DNA of 64,000 nucleotides from Planctomycetota bacterium (GCA_031409275.1 JANNXA010000034.1:32001-96000), one strand, 5' to 3'; counted from the first letter of the stretch, positions 1-9,873 are shown. Numbers and translations are program-made. Notes: generated by a model not told the origin, from the letters alone.

Positions 1-1
1 C

Positions 2-1135
2 GCGGTCGCGTGGTTCGTCGACGACGCGGAACTCTTCGTGATGCAGTCGGAACTCTTGGGCAGAAGGATCGAGGGGGCCTCCACCGCGGCCGACGGTGGT
101 TTCGAACTGCACGGGGTCCCGGTGGGTGTCGCGCTGCATGTCAGCGCGACGGCGACACCGGAGCGGCAGATCACGGTTGCAGTGGCCGCCGACGCCCGCT
201 CCGTGCGCATCGTCCTGCCGCGCCTCGGCTCGATCGCCGGCCTCATCCGGGTGGGCCCGGGGGTCGCGGCCGAGGAGCTCTTCCTCAGCGTGACCTCGCA
301 CGACGGCGCTCCAGGCGCGGCGGCCTGGGGCACCGGAGGCTTGGAGCTCGCCACGCGCGCGCAAGCGACTCCCGATGGACGATTCGAGCTGCTCCACGTT
401 CCGGTGGGCGAGTGGACGCTTCACGTGGACCACTGCGGGCTCGGAGTGAGCCTGCGCGTCGCCGAAGTGGCGGGAGTTTCCGCCGTGGCCGACTCGGCTC
501 CGCCCGATCCGCGCCTGTCGCCGCTCGACCTCACCGCGGTGCTGCGAGCGGTCACCGTCGAGGTCGTCGCTGCCAACGGCGCGCCCGTCTCCTCCGGCTG
601 GTGGACGCTCGCGCGCGCAGCGGACGGCCGCCCCATCAGCGACCGCGACGCCATGCCGACCGATGCGATCGCTCCCGCGCCGCCTCCGATGCCGCTCTGC
701 AAGCCGTTCGGCTCAGGTCGCTTCACCGTCAGCGTGCCGAGCGGCTCGCGCCATCGCCTCCACGTCGCCGCGCCAGGTCATCGAGTCGCCGCCGCCGACC
801 TCTCCGAGTCGCAGGTGCGCGTCATCGTCGGACCGCCGGTCGTGCTGCGTGTCGCCCTCGACTCCGAGCTGCGCGAACTCGCGCGCCTCGCCCCCGCGAA
901 CCTCACGCTGGCCAGCCACGACCGCTGGAGCATCGAGGAGTTCCTCGGCAGCGAGGCGCGTTTCGATGCAGACGGCCGCGCCGAGATGCCGCTCAACTTC
1001 GTCGGGTGGTTGGCGCCGAGGGCGTTCATGCGCTCCTCGCACGAGGCGGAGCTGTCGAGTTGGGTCGACCTCGAACCGATCGAGGTGGGCGAGACAGTCG
1101 GCAACGAGTGGATCGAACTGCGGAGAGCACGATGA
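2..1135 (+). CDS. Hypothetical protein with carboxypeptidase-regulatory-like (Ig-like) repeats, 5'-partial
   Basis: Frame is open from the window edge. Repeated 'STAADGGFELHGVPVG' and 'TPDGRFELLHVPVGEWTL' motifs; coding-like codon usage. Confidence 0.6.
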   Translation, partial: AVAWFVDDAELFVMQSELLGRRIEGASTAADGGFELHGVPVGVALHVSATATPERQITVAVAADARSVRIVLPRLGSIAGLIRVGPGVAAEELFLSVTSHDGAPGAAAWGTGGLELATRAQATPDGRFELLHVPVGEWTLHVDHCGLGVSLRVAEVAGVSAVADSAPPDPRLSPLDLTAVLRAVTVEVVAANGAPVSSGWWTLARAADGRPISDRDAMPTDAIAPAPPPMPLCKPFGSGRFTVSVPSGSRHRLHVAAPGHRVAAADLSESQVRVIVGPPVVLRVALDSELRELARLAPANLTLASHDRWSIEEFLGSEARFDADGRAEMPLNFVGWLAPRAFMRSSHEAELSSWVDLEPIEVGETVGNEWIELRRAR

Positions 1136-1152
1136 AGCTAGGAGGCCGCGGC

Positions 1153-4089
1153 GTGAAACGGACCATCGGCGCGTGGCGCGTGGTCGCGAGCCTCGCCTTC
1201 GCAGCGCTCGCTGCCGCTCCCGTGCGCGCGCAGGTGATCGCCTACGACGAGTTCGACGGGCGCTGCCGCAACGGCTGGAAGAGCGCGGGGCTTGGCGAGT
1301 GGAAGGCGTGCGGCGGCGTCGAGCGCGATGGCGCCTTCGTCACCGAGCGCGGCAACGATTGGCGGGCGCTCGACCATTCGGTGGAAGGCGTCGTCTGGTA
1401 CGCGCTCACGTTGCGCCTCGCCACGCCGATCGAGGGCTACGTGACGGTGGCGCCCTCCGACACCGCGCGCGGCCAGTTCAGCGAACTCGGCTTCAACTCC
1501 GGCTACGCGACGCCGGCGCCGCTGTGGACATCGAGTCGCGGCGTCGTGAAAGCGGAGGCGCTTGGCGACGGGACACGGCCGGTCACCTTCCTGCAGCGCT
1601 ACGACTTCGCGCACGACACCTGGAGTGCGTGGGCCGTGGCCGGCGATGGCGCGTCCTTGCTGCCGACCGCCGAAGCGATCGCAGCGGCTTCCGTCGAAGG
1701 CGACGCGCTGCCCGCGGCGCAGCCGCAGGTGCGTGACGCGAAGTGCGCGTGGAACGGCATCGGCTGGCTCTACCTCAGCAAAGGAAGCGCACAAGCCGTC
1801 GCGATCGAGCGGGTCGCCTTCGCGCGCACCGCTCGCGAAGCGCTGACCCCGGTCACCGATCCGGCGACTCCGGTCGAGAGCGGCGCGGCAGCGCTCGAAG
1901 CGGTAGAGCAAGGTGGCGCGGCCGCGATCGCGAACGCGGCGATCGGGACGGCGGGGCGGCGCGATCTGTTCGGCGCCACGTCGCTGCTGCGCGACGGCGA
2001 TGTCGTGTCGTTCTTCGGCGACTCGCTCACGTGGCAGGGGGGCTACGTCGATCGCCTGGCGCAGGAGTGCGCCGCGGCGCTGCCGGGGCGCGACGTGAAG
2101 TGGATCAAGCGCGGCATCAACGGCGGCAAGTCGACTGATCTGCTCGCGGGCTGCAAGGAGCTCTACGGCTGCACGCAGCCCGCTCTCGCCGAGTGCATCG
2201 CGCAGGATCGCGGCAGCGTCGTCGTGATCCTGATTGGCATCAACGATGTCTGGCACGGCGAGCAGGGCAACGCGCCCGACGTGTACGAGGCGACGCTGCG
2301 CTCGCTGGTGCAGCAGGCGCAGAAGGCGGGCGCGGCGGTCGTGGTCGCGACGCCGCCGCTGATCGGGGAGAAGGCGCGCGGCGGCAACTCGCTCGACGCG
2401 AAGCTCGACGAGTACGCCGCGATCGCGCTGCGCGTCGCGGCGGAGAGGGGTGCGGTCGGAGTGCCGCTGCGCGATGCCGCTTTCGCCCAGCTCGCCGCGC
2501 GCAACCGCGCCGACGCCGAGAGTGGCGTCCTCACCTACGACGGCGTTCACCTGAGCGAGCTCGGCAACGAGTGGCTGGCGGAGGAGTTCGCCAGCGCCAT
2601 CGCGCAGGCGCTTGCGCCCATGCGGCTGCTGTCGATCGTCCCGTGGCCGCGTGAGGTGGAGCGCCTCGGCGTCGCGCGCTGGGCGTTCACCGTCTGGGAG
2701 GTGGTGGCGAGCGAGCTGGCGTTGGGGCCGCTCGGAGAGGCGACAGCGGATGCGCTCCATCGCGGGTCGGGCGTGGTCGCACGATGCAGCACGGTTCGTC
2801 CGCACAACGGCGAAGGGAGGGTCGAGCTGATGCTCGATGCAGCCTTAGCGGCCGAGGAGTACGAGCTGCGCATCGACGACGGCGTGACGATTCGCGGCGG
2901 TTCGCCGCGCGCGGTGGCGTGGGGCGTCGCGAGCCTGCTGCAGCTCGTGCCCGTGCGGCCGCCGGGCGAACTGCTGCTGGGGAACGGCGGCGATGCAGTC
3001 GTCTTCGAGCCGCTCGCGCTGCCCTCGCTGCTCGTCCGCGACGCTCCCGACTGCAGCTACCGCGGCCTGCTGGTCGACGTCGCGCGACAGCCCCACACGC
3101 TCGCCACGCTGAAGCAGCTGGTGACCCTCTGTTGGCTCTGCAAGGTGCCGTGGCTGCAGCTCCACCTGACCGACGACCAGGCGTGGACCGTGCCATCGCG
3201 CCGCTTCCAGAACCTCGCCACGCCCGGCCATTCGTTCACGCGCGAAGAGATCGGGGAGCTCGTGCGTTTCGCCGCCGCGCGCGGCGTGGCGATCGTCCCG
3301 GAGATCGACATGCCGGGCCACTGCGGCGCGCTGATCGCCGCGCAGCCGCTGCTCTTCAAGGCGCACGAGCTGCACCACGCGACCATCGCCTTCGCCAAGC
3401 CCGAAGTCATCGCGGCGATGAAGTCGCTCGTCGACGAAGCGATCGAGCTCTTCCCAGGCGCGCCGTGGTTCCATCTCGGCGGCGATGAGTGCGACCTCGA
3501 GCACGTCGACGAGAACCCCGCGTTTCGCGAGGCGTACGCGCGCGTCGGCGTCGCCGACAGGCACGGTCTCTACCTCGCGTTCCTGCGCGAGATGACCGAC
3601 CACGTGAAGGCGCGCGGCCGCCAGCCGATCGTCTGGGAAGGCTTCGGTCATGGCTCGCAGCCGGAGCTGCCGCACGACGTCACGGTGATGGCGTACGAGG
3701 CGCTCTACCACCTGCCCGACTGCCTGTTGCGCGACGGCTGGCCCGTCATCAACACCAGCTGGGAGCCGCTCTACGTGGTGAATGACCGCTGCTGGTCTCC
3801 GCAGCGAATCCATGGCTGGAACCGTTTCCAGTGGGATCACTTCGTCGAGGGCTTCCCCGCGTACGACGGCCTCGTCGTGCCGCCCTCCGATGCCGTGCTG
3901 GGCGGACAGCTCTGCAGCTGGGAACAGCCCGATTCCCTCGAATTGTCGAGCCTGCGCGCGCGCCTTCCCGCGATGGCCGAGCGCCTCTGGGCCGAGCGTG
4001 CCGACCGCGGCTGGTCGGACTTCGCCTGGCGCGCCGCGCGGCTCGAACGCGCGCTGGCACGACAGCTCGACGAGACGCCGCAGCGATGA
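1153..4089 (+). CDS. Secreted fusion of SGNH/GDSL esterase and GH20 beta-N-acetylhexosaminidase
   Basis: AGGAGG RBS before GTG 1153 (alternative ATG 1132); signal peptide ending AVRA-Q. SGNH motifs FFGDSLT, GING, IGIND, DGVH. GH20 motifs RGLLVDVAR, HLTDDQ, PEIDMPGH, HLGGDE. Confidence 0.85.
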   Translation: MKRTIGAWRVVASLAFAALAAAPVRAQVIAYDEFDGRCRNGWKSAGLGEWKACGGVERDGAFVTERGNDWRALDHSVEGVVWYALTLRLATPIEGYVTVAPSDTARGQFSELGFNSGYATPAPLWTSSRGVVKAEALGDGTRPVTFLQRYDFAHDTWSAWAVAGDGASLLPTAEAIAAASVEGDALPAAQPQVRDAKCAWNGIGWLYLSKGSAQAVAIERVAFARTAREALTPVTDPATPVESGAAALEAVEQGGAAAIANAAIGTAGRRDLFGATSLLRDGDVVSFFGDSLTWQGGYVDRLAQECAAALPGRDVKWIKRGINGGKSTDLLAGCKELYGCTQPALAECIAQDRGSVVVILIGINDVWHGEQGNAPDVYEATLRSLVQQAQKAGAAVVVATPPLIGEKARGGNSLDAKLDEYAAIALRVAAERGAVGVPLRDAAFAQLAARNRADAESGVLTYDGVHLSELGNEWLAEEFASAIAQALAPMRLLSIVPWPREVERLGVARWAFTVWEVVASELALGPLGEATADALHRGSGVVARCSTVRPHNGEGRVELMLDAALAAEEYELRIDDGVTIRGGSPRAVAWGVASLLQLVPVRPPGELLLGNGGDAVVFEPLALPSLLVRDAPDCSYRGLLVDVARQPHTLATLKQLVTLCWLCKVPWLQLHLTDDQAWTVPSRRFQNLATPGHSFTREEIGELVRFAAARGVAIVPEIDMPGHCGALIAAQPLLFKAHELHHATIAFAKPEVIAAMKSLVDEAIELFPGAPWFHLGGDECDLEHVDENPAFREAYARVGVADRHGLYLAFLREMTDHVKARGRQPIVWEGFGHGSQPELPHDVTVMAYEALYHLPDCLLRDGWPVINTSWEPLYVVNDRCWSPQRIHGWNRFQWDHFVEGFPAYDGLVVPPSDAVLGGQLCSWEQPDSLELSSLRARLPAMAERLWAERADRGWSDFAWRAARLERALARQLDETPQR

Positions 4090-4475
4090 CGTTGGGCCAC
4101 CCCTTCTTTCGCTACGTACTGGTCGGGCTCGGCAGCCTCGCCACCGACTTGTCGCTTTTCGCGCTGCTGACGCATGGCGCCGAGCTCGACCCGCTGGTCG
4201 CGAACCTCATCAGCCGGCCGATGGGTGGGCTGGTCTGCTACCTGCTGAATCGTCGCTTCACCTTCCGCTCGACCGGGGCCGTGCCGGGCGAGCTGGCGCG
4301 CTTCACCGCCGTCTTCCTGGTGAGCCTCGGCCTGACCGAGGCGCTGCTCGCCCTCTTCTGCCACGTGCTCACGTTCGGGCCGGTGGTGGGGAAGGACCTT
4401 GCGGAAGCGTGCGCCTTCTTCTTCAACTTCTTCGCGCTCAAGCACTTCACTTTCCGTCGGAGTCGCGCCGCATGA
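4086..4475 (+). CDS. GtrA family membrane protein
   Basis: ATGA overlap with the upstream stop; FFRYVLVG...ANLISR...LNRRFTF...FTF pattern; about 4 TM segments. Confidence 0.85.
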   Translation: MTLGHPFFRYVLVGLGSLATDLSLFALLTHGAELDPLVANLISRPMGGLVCYLLNRRFTFRSTGAVPGELARFTAVFLVSLGLTEALLALFCHVLTFGPVVGKDLAEACAFFFNFFALKHFTFRRSRAA

Positions 4476-5710
4476 TCGCCGCCTCGTCCCGTCTCCTGGT
4501 CGCCTTCGCGTGCGCTTGGTTCCTGCCGGCGCAGTGGTGCGCGGCGCTCGCGTCGCCGCAGGACAAAGGCAAGAAGGGCAAGCTCGCGCCGACCGAGCAG
4601 TCGATGGTCGCGCCCGGCCTCGGCTACGCGCGATGGGAACAGCCGGGCGTGATCGCCCATGTGCTGGCCATCGACCTGAAGCAGAAGGCGCTGCACATCC
4701 GCAGCGTGAAGTCGAAGGGCAAGGAGTCGTTGCGCGAGATCGCGGATCGACTCGGCGCCGGCGACGAGGAGGTGCTCGGCGGCATCAACGGCGACTACTT
4801 CCGCCAATCGAGCGAAGCGGGCCTTCCGTATGGCGCGCAGGTCTGCGACGGCCGCCTCTACTTCGCGCCGATGAAGCGCTCGCTGCTGAGCTTCGCCGCC
4901 GACAACGAACCGACCATCGGCATCGCCGAGCTGAAGGCGAAGTTCACGCTGGCCGGGAAGGACAGCCTGAGCGACTCGTCATGGTTCAAGCTCGACGACG
5001 TGAACCAGGTCGAGCACGAGGATGCGAGGAAGAGCGGCATCTACCTCTACACGCCGGCGTTCCTCGGCCTCTCGAGCGCGCGACCGAAAGGGACGATCGC
5101 GGTGATCGACACCATCGAGCCGGCGCTGCAGGTAGGCGACGTCTGCACCGGCACGTTGGCGCGCGTCGAGCCAGCCGGGACGCCGGTCGACATCCCGGAG
5201 AACGGTTGCCTGCTCTACTTCTTCGGCGACTCGCACAAGTCGATGGCGGCTGGCTTGAAGCCCGGCCGACCGGTCGCGCTCAAGCTCGAGCTGCCGCCCG
5301 TCACCGGCAGCGTCGTGCAGGCGATCGGCGGCGGCCCGCGACTGCTGCGGAACGGCAAGGTCGCCGTCGAGCTCGACAAGGAGGAGTTCGATTCGGTCTA
5401 CGCCATGGAGATCTCGAAGCGCCACCCGCGCTCGGCCGTCGGCTTCGACAAGGCCAAGGAGACGCTCTGGCTGGTGATGGTGGAGGGGCGCCACGAAGGC
5501 AGCCGCGGCATGACGTTCGGCGAGCTGGCGGCGTTCCTCGATCAGCTCGGCTGCTGGCAGGCGATGGCGTTCGACTGCGGCGGCTCGGCCGGCCTCTTCG
5601 TCGGCGGCAAGGGGATCGTGTCGAAGAGCATGGGCGGCCAGAACCAGCCCGAGGAACGCGAACTCGCCAACGCGCTGTTCCTCACCGCGGCGAAAGCGGG
5701 GCAGCAGTGA
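4472..5710 (+). CDS. Phosphodiester glycosidase (NAGPA-like) family protein
   Basis: ATGA overlap; signal peptide; GINGDYF, AIGGGPRLL, HPRSAVG, VEGR and AMAFDCGGS motifs. Confidence 0.85.
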   Translation: MIAASSRLLVAFACAWFLPAQWCAALASPQDKGKKGKLAPTEQSMVAPGLGYARWEQPGVIAHVLAIDLKQKALHIRSVKSKGKESLREIADRLGAGDEEVLGGINGDYFRQSSEAGLPYGAQVCDGRLYFAPMKRSLLSFAADNEPTIGIAELKAKFTLAGKDSLSDSSWFKLDDVNQVEHEDARKSGIYLYTPAFLGLSSARPKGTIAVIDTIEPALQVGDVCTGTLARVEPAGTPVDIPENGCLLYFFGDSHKSMAAGLKPGRPVALKLELPPVTGSVVQAIGGGPRLLRNGKVAVELDKEEFDSVYAMEISKRHPRSAVGFDKAKETLWLVMVEGRHEGSRGMTFGELAAFLDQLGCWQAMAFDCGGSAGLFVGGKGIVSKSMGGQNQPEERELANALFLTAAKAGQQ

Positions 5711-6399
5711 CGCGCGCGACGCAGGGACGTTGGCTGCTGTTCCTGGGTGGGGCGCTGTTGGTGGCCGGCTTCGCGTGGCCCGAGCTGCGCGTCGCGGTGG
5801 GCAACGCGCTCGATGCCGCGCGCACGAGCGGTGCTCACGCGCACGGCGCGCCGCAGCGTTCGCACTGGTTCGTCCTGCAGGAGAACCTCGACATGCTCTC
5901 CGAGCCCGACGAGACGAGCCCCGCCTACTTCACCGTGTGGTACGGCGTGCAGGTCGCGGGCCTCGCGTGGTTCGGGCTGGCGGGCGCCGTGCTCGCGCTG
6001 TCGGCGCTCTTCTCGCGGTCGCGATTCGTCGCGGCGCTGATCAGTTGCTTCCACGGCGGCGCGCTGCTGCTGCTTGCCGGTGGCGCAACCTACGTCTTCG
6101 CGTCGCTGCCGCCGCCATCGCCTGGCCACTCGGCGTTGGTGACGTTGGGGCCGGTGGTGCTGTTGTGGGTGCTCTTCCTCGGGCAGACATTCCTGAGCTT
6201 CAAGGCGGTGAGCGGCGGGATGGCCCGTTTCGTCGCCGTCGACGTGGCCAACGCGTTGCCGCTGCTGTTCCTGCTGCTCGCCAACGCCGGATTGTGGATC
6301 GCGCTGCGCGGCCACCCGAACTGGCCGGCGAGCGGCTACCTCGTTGGTGCGATCGGCGCAGCGTTGGCGCTGCTCGGCGTGCTGCGAAGGGGACGGTGA
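5707..6399 (+). CDS. Hypothetical integral membrane protein
   Basis: GTGA overlap with the upstream stop; about 6 hydrophobic segments. Confidence 0.65.
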   Translation: MTRATQGRWLLFLGGALLVAGFAWPELRVAVGNALDAARTSGAHAHGAPQRSHWFVLQENLDMLSEPDETSPAYFTVWYGVQVAGLAWFGLAGAVLALSALFSRSRFVAALISCFHGGALLLLAGGATYVFASLPPPSPGHSALVTLGPVVLLWVLFLGQTFLSFKAVSGGMARFVAVDVANALPLLFLLLANAGLWIALRGHPNWPASGYLVGAIGAALALLGVLRRGR

Positions 6400-6421
6400 C
6401 AGCGACGGCGTGAACGGGAGG

Positions 6422-7105
6422 TCAGCGCAGCCGCCGCAGCGTGCGCGCGACGCGGATGCCAATCTGCACGAAGTCGCGCACCGGCCGGAAGTGGGTGACG
6501 CGGCCGCCTTCGGGCGTGTAGGTCACGCGGATCGGCACTTCGCGAATCGGGATGCCGGCGCGCGCCGCCGCGAAGAGCACCTCCATCTCGAGGTCGTAGC
6601 GGTCACCCTGCAGCGGCAGCGCCCCGATCGCAGCGAGCGGGTAGCTCCGGAAGCCGCTCTGCGTGTCGTGGCAGCGGATGCCGGTGAAGAGGCGCAGCGC
6701 CGTGTTCGCGCAGCGCAAGCCGAAGCGGCTCTTGCGCGGCGCCCCCGCCGCCTTCATGTCGCGCACGCCGATCACCAGCGCGCTCGGCTCGGCGGTCGAT
6801 GCCGCCAGCAGCAGTGGCAGGTCCTCCGGAAAGTGCTGCGCGTCAGCGTCCAGCGCGATGGCGTGCGTGAAGCCGGCGGCCGAGAGCGCCGCGAAACCGT
6901 CGCGCAGCGCCGCGCCCTTGCCGAGGTTCTTCGGGTGGCGCAGCGACCGGATGCGGTCGCGAAACGACTCGATCACTGGCCATGAGCCATCGTGCGAGCC
7001 GTCGTCGACCACCAGCACGTCGGGGATCACCGCCAACGTCCGCTCGATCACGCCGCCAAGCGTCCGGCCGTTGTCGTAGTTGGGGATGAGGGCGGCGGCG
7101 CGCAT
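6422..7105 (-). CDS. Glycosyltransferase family 2 (polyprenol-phosphate glycosyltransferase-like)
   Basis: IPNYDN, VVDDGSHD, NLGKGAA, LDADAQH and DTQSGFR motifs; ATG at 7105. Confidence 0.9.
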   Translation of the reverse strand: MRAAALIPNYDNGRTLGGVIERTLAVIPDVLVVDDGSHDGSWPVIESFRDRIRSLRHPKNLGKGAALRDGFAALSAAGFTHAIALDADAQHFPEDLPLLLAASTAEPSALVIGVRDMKAAGAPRKSRFGLRCANTALRLFTGIRCHDTQSGFRSYPLAAIGALPLQGDRYDLEMEVLFAAARAGIPIREVPIRVTYTPEGGRVTHFRPVRDFVQIGIRVARTLRRLR

Positions 7106-7114
7106 CGCGGGACG

Positions 7115-7281
7115 GTAGCGTCCGGGAACAGAAGTTCGCTTCCACGAAACCGGGCGCTCTTTGCGCCATGCTTCGTCTCGCCTCGTCACCAACTGCCAGG
7201 GAAGTTGCTTCGTCGGCACTCCTCGCCTGACCCAAACATCGCCTCGGTCCGTGTTCGCGAACTTCTGTTCCAGGACGCTCG
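7115..7281. mobile_element. 167-bp palindromic MITE-like interspersed element, copy A
   Basis: 23-bp terminal inverted repeat (7117-7139 vs 7257-7279, 1 mismatch); interior homologous to 55564-55730. Confidence 0.6.
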
Positions 7282-7301
7282 CACGCCGCCGCGCGGGCGT
7301 C

Positions 7302-8003
7302 CTATTTCAAGTCGAAGAGGAGCGCCTCGAACGCATCCGTCGCGGTGAGGGTGAGCTTCCCGGCGTCCTCGGTGCAGGCGCCATCGCCCGCGGCCAGGGC
7401 GATGCCGTTCAGCGTGGCGCCGCCGCGCGCGACCTGCAGCCAGACGCCGCGGTCCGCCGTCACTTCGTGCTCGAGCGACTCGCCCTTTTTCAGCAGCACG
7501 CGCCAGACGTTGGCGTCTTGATGGATCTTCGCGCTGCCGTCGCGCCCGTCCATCGACAGCAAGAGCACCTTCGCGGTCCCCGCGTGCGCAGCGTTCGGCT
7601 TCCATTCGGTGTAGCTCGGTTTCAAGCCGCTCATGTGCGGCTCGATCCAGAGCTGCAGGAAGTGGGTCGGCTCCGTCTTGCTTGGGTTGAACTCGCTGTG
7701 GCGGACGCCGCTGCCCGCGCTCATCAGTTGCACCTCGCCCGGCCGCAGCGTCCGGCCGTTGCCCATGCTGTCCTGGTGTTCGAGCGCGCCCGCCAGCACG
7801 TAGCTGAAGATCTCCATGTCGCGGTGGCCGTGGGTCGGGAAGCCGCCGCCCGCCGCGACACGATCCTCATTGATGACGCGCAGCGTCTTGAACCCCATCT
7901 GCTGCGGGTCCCAGTACTCGCCGAAACTGAAGGTGTGGCGGCTGTCGAGCCAGCCGAAGTCGGCGCGGCCGCGGTCGGCTGCCTTGCGAAGGGTGATCTT
8001 CAT
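7302..8003 (-). CDS. Pirin family protein (YhhW-like)
   Basis: GWLDSRHTFSF, LRVINEDRV, GFPTHGHRDMEI, MSAGSGVRHSEFN, FLQLWI; GAGGAG RBS. Confidence 0.95.
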   Translation of the reverse strand: MKITLRKAADRGRADFGWLDSRHTFSFGEYWDPQQMGFKTLRVINEDRVAAGGGFPTHGHRDMEIFSYVLAGALEHQDSMGNGRTLRPGEVQLMSAGSGVRHSEFNPSKTEPTHFLQLWIEPHMSGLKPSYTEWKPNAAHAGTAKVLLLSMDGRDGSAKIHQDANVWRVLLKKGESLEHEVTADRGVWLQVARGGATLNGIALAAGDGACTEDAGKLTLTATDAFEALLFDLK

Positions 8004-8059
8004 TGCGGTCGCTCCTCGCCAGGGGCGATCGAGCGAGCCTCGGCCGAAGCGGCCGCTGC

Positions 8060-8551
8060 TCAGCTGCCGATGACGAGCACGCCGCTCGCGTTGATCTCGT
8101 AACCGACGCGCGCGATCGCCTTGCCGCCCGACTCGCTCTCCAAGTGCTGCGCATCGGCCTCGCTGATTTCCTTGGGATAGAAGCTGCCCTGGATCAGGAC
8201 GCGCTTGCCGATCGCCTCTTTCGGGAACTTGTACTGGCCGCCGCAGCCCGCTTCCCAGCGCACCATCGCCTTGTGGCCCTGGTCCTCGATCTGCATCCAG
8301 CAGCCCATCTTCTGGCAGACGTTGGTGATGGTCGCCTCGACCAGCAGCGTCTGCTCGAAGTACTTGGCGGGATCGGCGTCGACGGTCGCGAGCGGCAGCA
8401 CGTCGCGCACGGCAACCGGCTCGCCGATGGCTTCGCCGGCCGGCAGTGGGCGTGGGCCGGAGCTGCACGCAGAAGCGATCCACGCCAGCGCGGCGCTCGC
8501 GAAGAGCAGCGGACGGCGCGCAGCGGAACGGGCGGCGACGAACTTGTTCAC
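8060..8551 (-). CDS. DUF4920-like lipoprotein
   Basis: Lipobox ASAC; VCQKMGCWM motif; AGGAG RBS before the GTG. Confidence 0.75.
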   Translation of the reverse strand: MNKFVAARSAARRPLLFASAALAWIASACSSGPRPLPAGEAIGEPVAVRDVLPLATVDADPAKYFEQTLLVEATITNVCQKMGCWMQIEDQGHKAMVRWEAGCGGQYKFPKEAIGKRVLIQGSFYPKEISEADAQHLESESGGKAIARVGYEINASGVLVIGS

Positions 8552-8688
8552 GGAGGGATCTCCTGTTCTCGCGAGGAAGGTCAGATCGGTGGAACCATCT
8601 ACCCGACCGCGACCGCGGATGCGACCGGCAGTCGCTCCGCGTAGGCTGCGCCGTGCCGCGCTCTTTCAGGCCTCGCGAGAGATTTCCC

Positions 8689-9873
8689 ATGTCGTGTCGC
8701 GCTCTTCTCCTCGCTCCGTTCGTGGTGGCCGCCGCGTGCCCCGCGGCATTGCCGCTTGCGCAGGAAGCAGCCCCCGCGGCCGGACTCTCTGCCGATTCGC
8801 GCGCGGCGCTGCTCGCTGACCTTGACGCGATGCGTCGCCGCAACGGGATTCCAGGCATCAGCGTCGCGCTGATGCAGGGCGGCACGATCACGCTGGCTGA
8901 GGGGCTCGGCGTGCGCCGCGCGGGCGACGAGCCGAAGGTCGATGGCGACACGCTCTTCCAGGCAGGTTCGATCAGCAAGCCGGTCGCGGCGATGGCGGCG
9001 CTGCGCCTCGTCGCGTCGGGCGTGCTCGATCTCGACCGCGAGGTGAACGAGCAGCTCGCGAGCTTCGTCATTCCCGACAGCCCGCTGCGCAACGGCAAGA
9101 CGATCTCGTTACGCAGCCTTCTTTCGCACACGGCCGGCCTCTCGGTGCACGGTTTCCTCGGCTACCTCGGCGACGAGCCGATTCCCTCGCTGCTCGACAT
9201 CCTCGAAGGCGTCGCGCCGGCCAACTCGCCGCCGATCGTGATCGAGCTCGAGCCGGGCACGAAATGGCAGTACTCGGGCGGCGGCTACACCGTGATGCAG
9301 CAACTGCTGATCGACGTGACGGAGCGCGACTTCGCCGAGCTGCTGCAGGAGCAGGTGCTCGTGCCCGCGGGCATGACGCGCAGCAGCTACGAGCAGCCGC
9401 TCCCGCCCGAGCGGCGCGGAAACGTCGCGGCGGGGCACGGCTTCCCGCCCAAGCCCTTGCGCGGCGATGCACCGACGATGCCCGAACTCGCCGCCGCCGG
9501 CTTGTGGACGACGCCGAGCGATCTGCTGCGGTTCGGGCGCGCGCTGCAGAAGTCGCTGCTCGGTGACGAAGGGGCGTTGCTGCCGCAGCCGCTGATGGAG
9601 CAGGCGTTGCGGCCGGTGTGCGATGGCGACTACGGACTGGGCTTCGAGCTGTTCAGCGACTCGGGGATGCCGCTGTTCGGTCACAGCGGCGCGAATCAGG
9701 GATTCCGAGCGTTCCTCCTGCTGCGCCGCGATCGGGAAGAGGGGATCGCGCTGATGATGAACAGCGACAGCGGCGATGCGATGTTCGCACCGGCGCGCGC
9801 GCGGCTCGTCGAGGCGCTCGGATGGAAGCCGGCCGCCGCGCCCAGTAGCGCGCCGCCGAAGAAGGACGGCTGA
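8689..9873 (+). CDS. Serine hydrolase, beta-lactamase/AmpC-like family
   Basis: Signal peptide; FQAGSISK (SxxK), LLSHTAG, WQYSGGGY and FGHSG motifs. Confidence 0.9.
   Translation: MSCRALLLAPFVVAAACPAALPLAQEAAPAAGLSADSRAALLADLDAMRRRNGIPGISVALMQGGTITLAEGLGVRRAGDEPKVDGDTLFQAGSISKPVAAMAALRLVASGVLDLDREVNEQLASFVIPDSPLRNGKTISLRSLLSHTAGLSVHGFLGYLGDEPIPSLLDILEGVAPANSPPIVIELEPGTKWQYSGGGYTVMQQLLIDVTERDFAELLQEQVLVPAGMTRSSYEQPLPPERRGNVAAGHGFPPKPLRGDAPTMPELAAAGLWTTPSDLLRFGRALQKSLLGDEGALLPQPLMEQALRPVCDGDYGLGFELFSDSGMPLFGHSGANQGFRAFLLLRRDREEGIALMMNSDSGDAMFAPARARLVEALGWKPAAAPSSAPPKKDG

Noticed and set aside
10..1152. Long N-terminal extension of ORF 10-4089 (likewise for ORFs 21045-25685, 7302-9131, 48294-50183)
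   Set aside because: The extensions overlap real upstream genes. RBSs, signal peptides and stop/start overlaps point to the later starts.
8552..8688. Inverted tctcgcgagg/cctcgcgaga at both ends of a divergent intergenic region
   Set aside because: The core ctcgcgag is a short GC palindrome common in this DNA; insufficient support.
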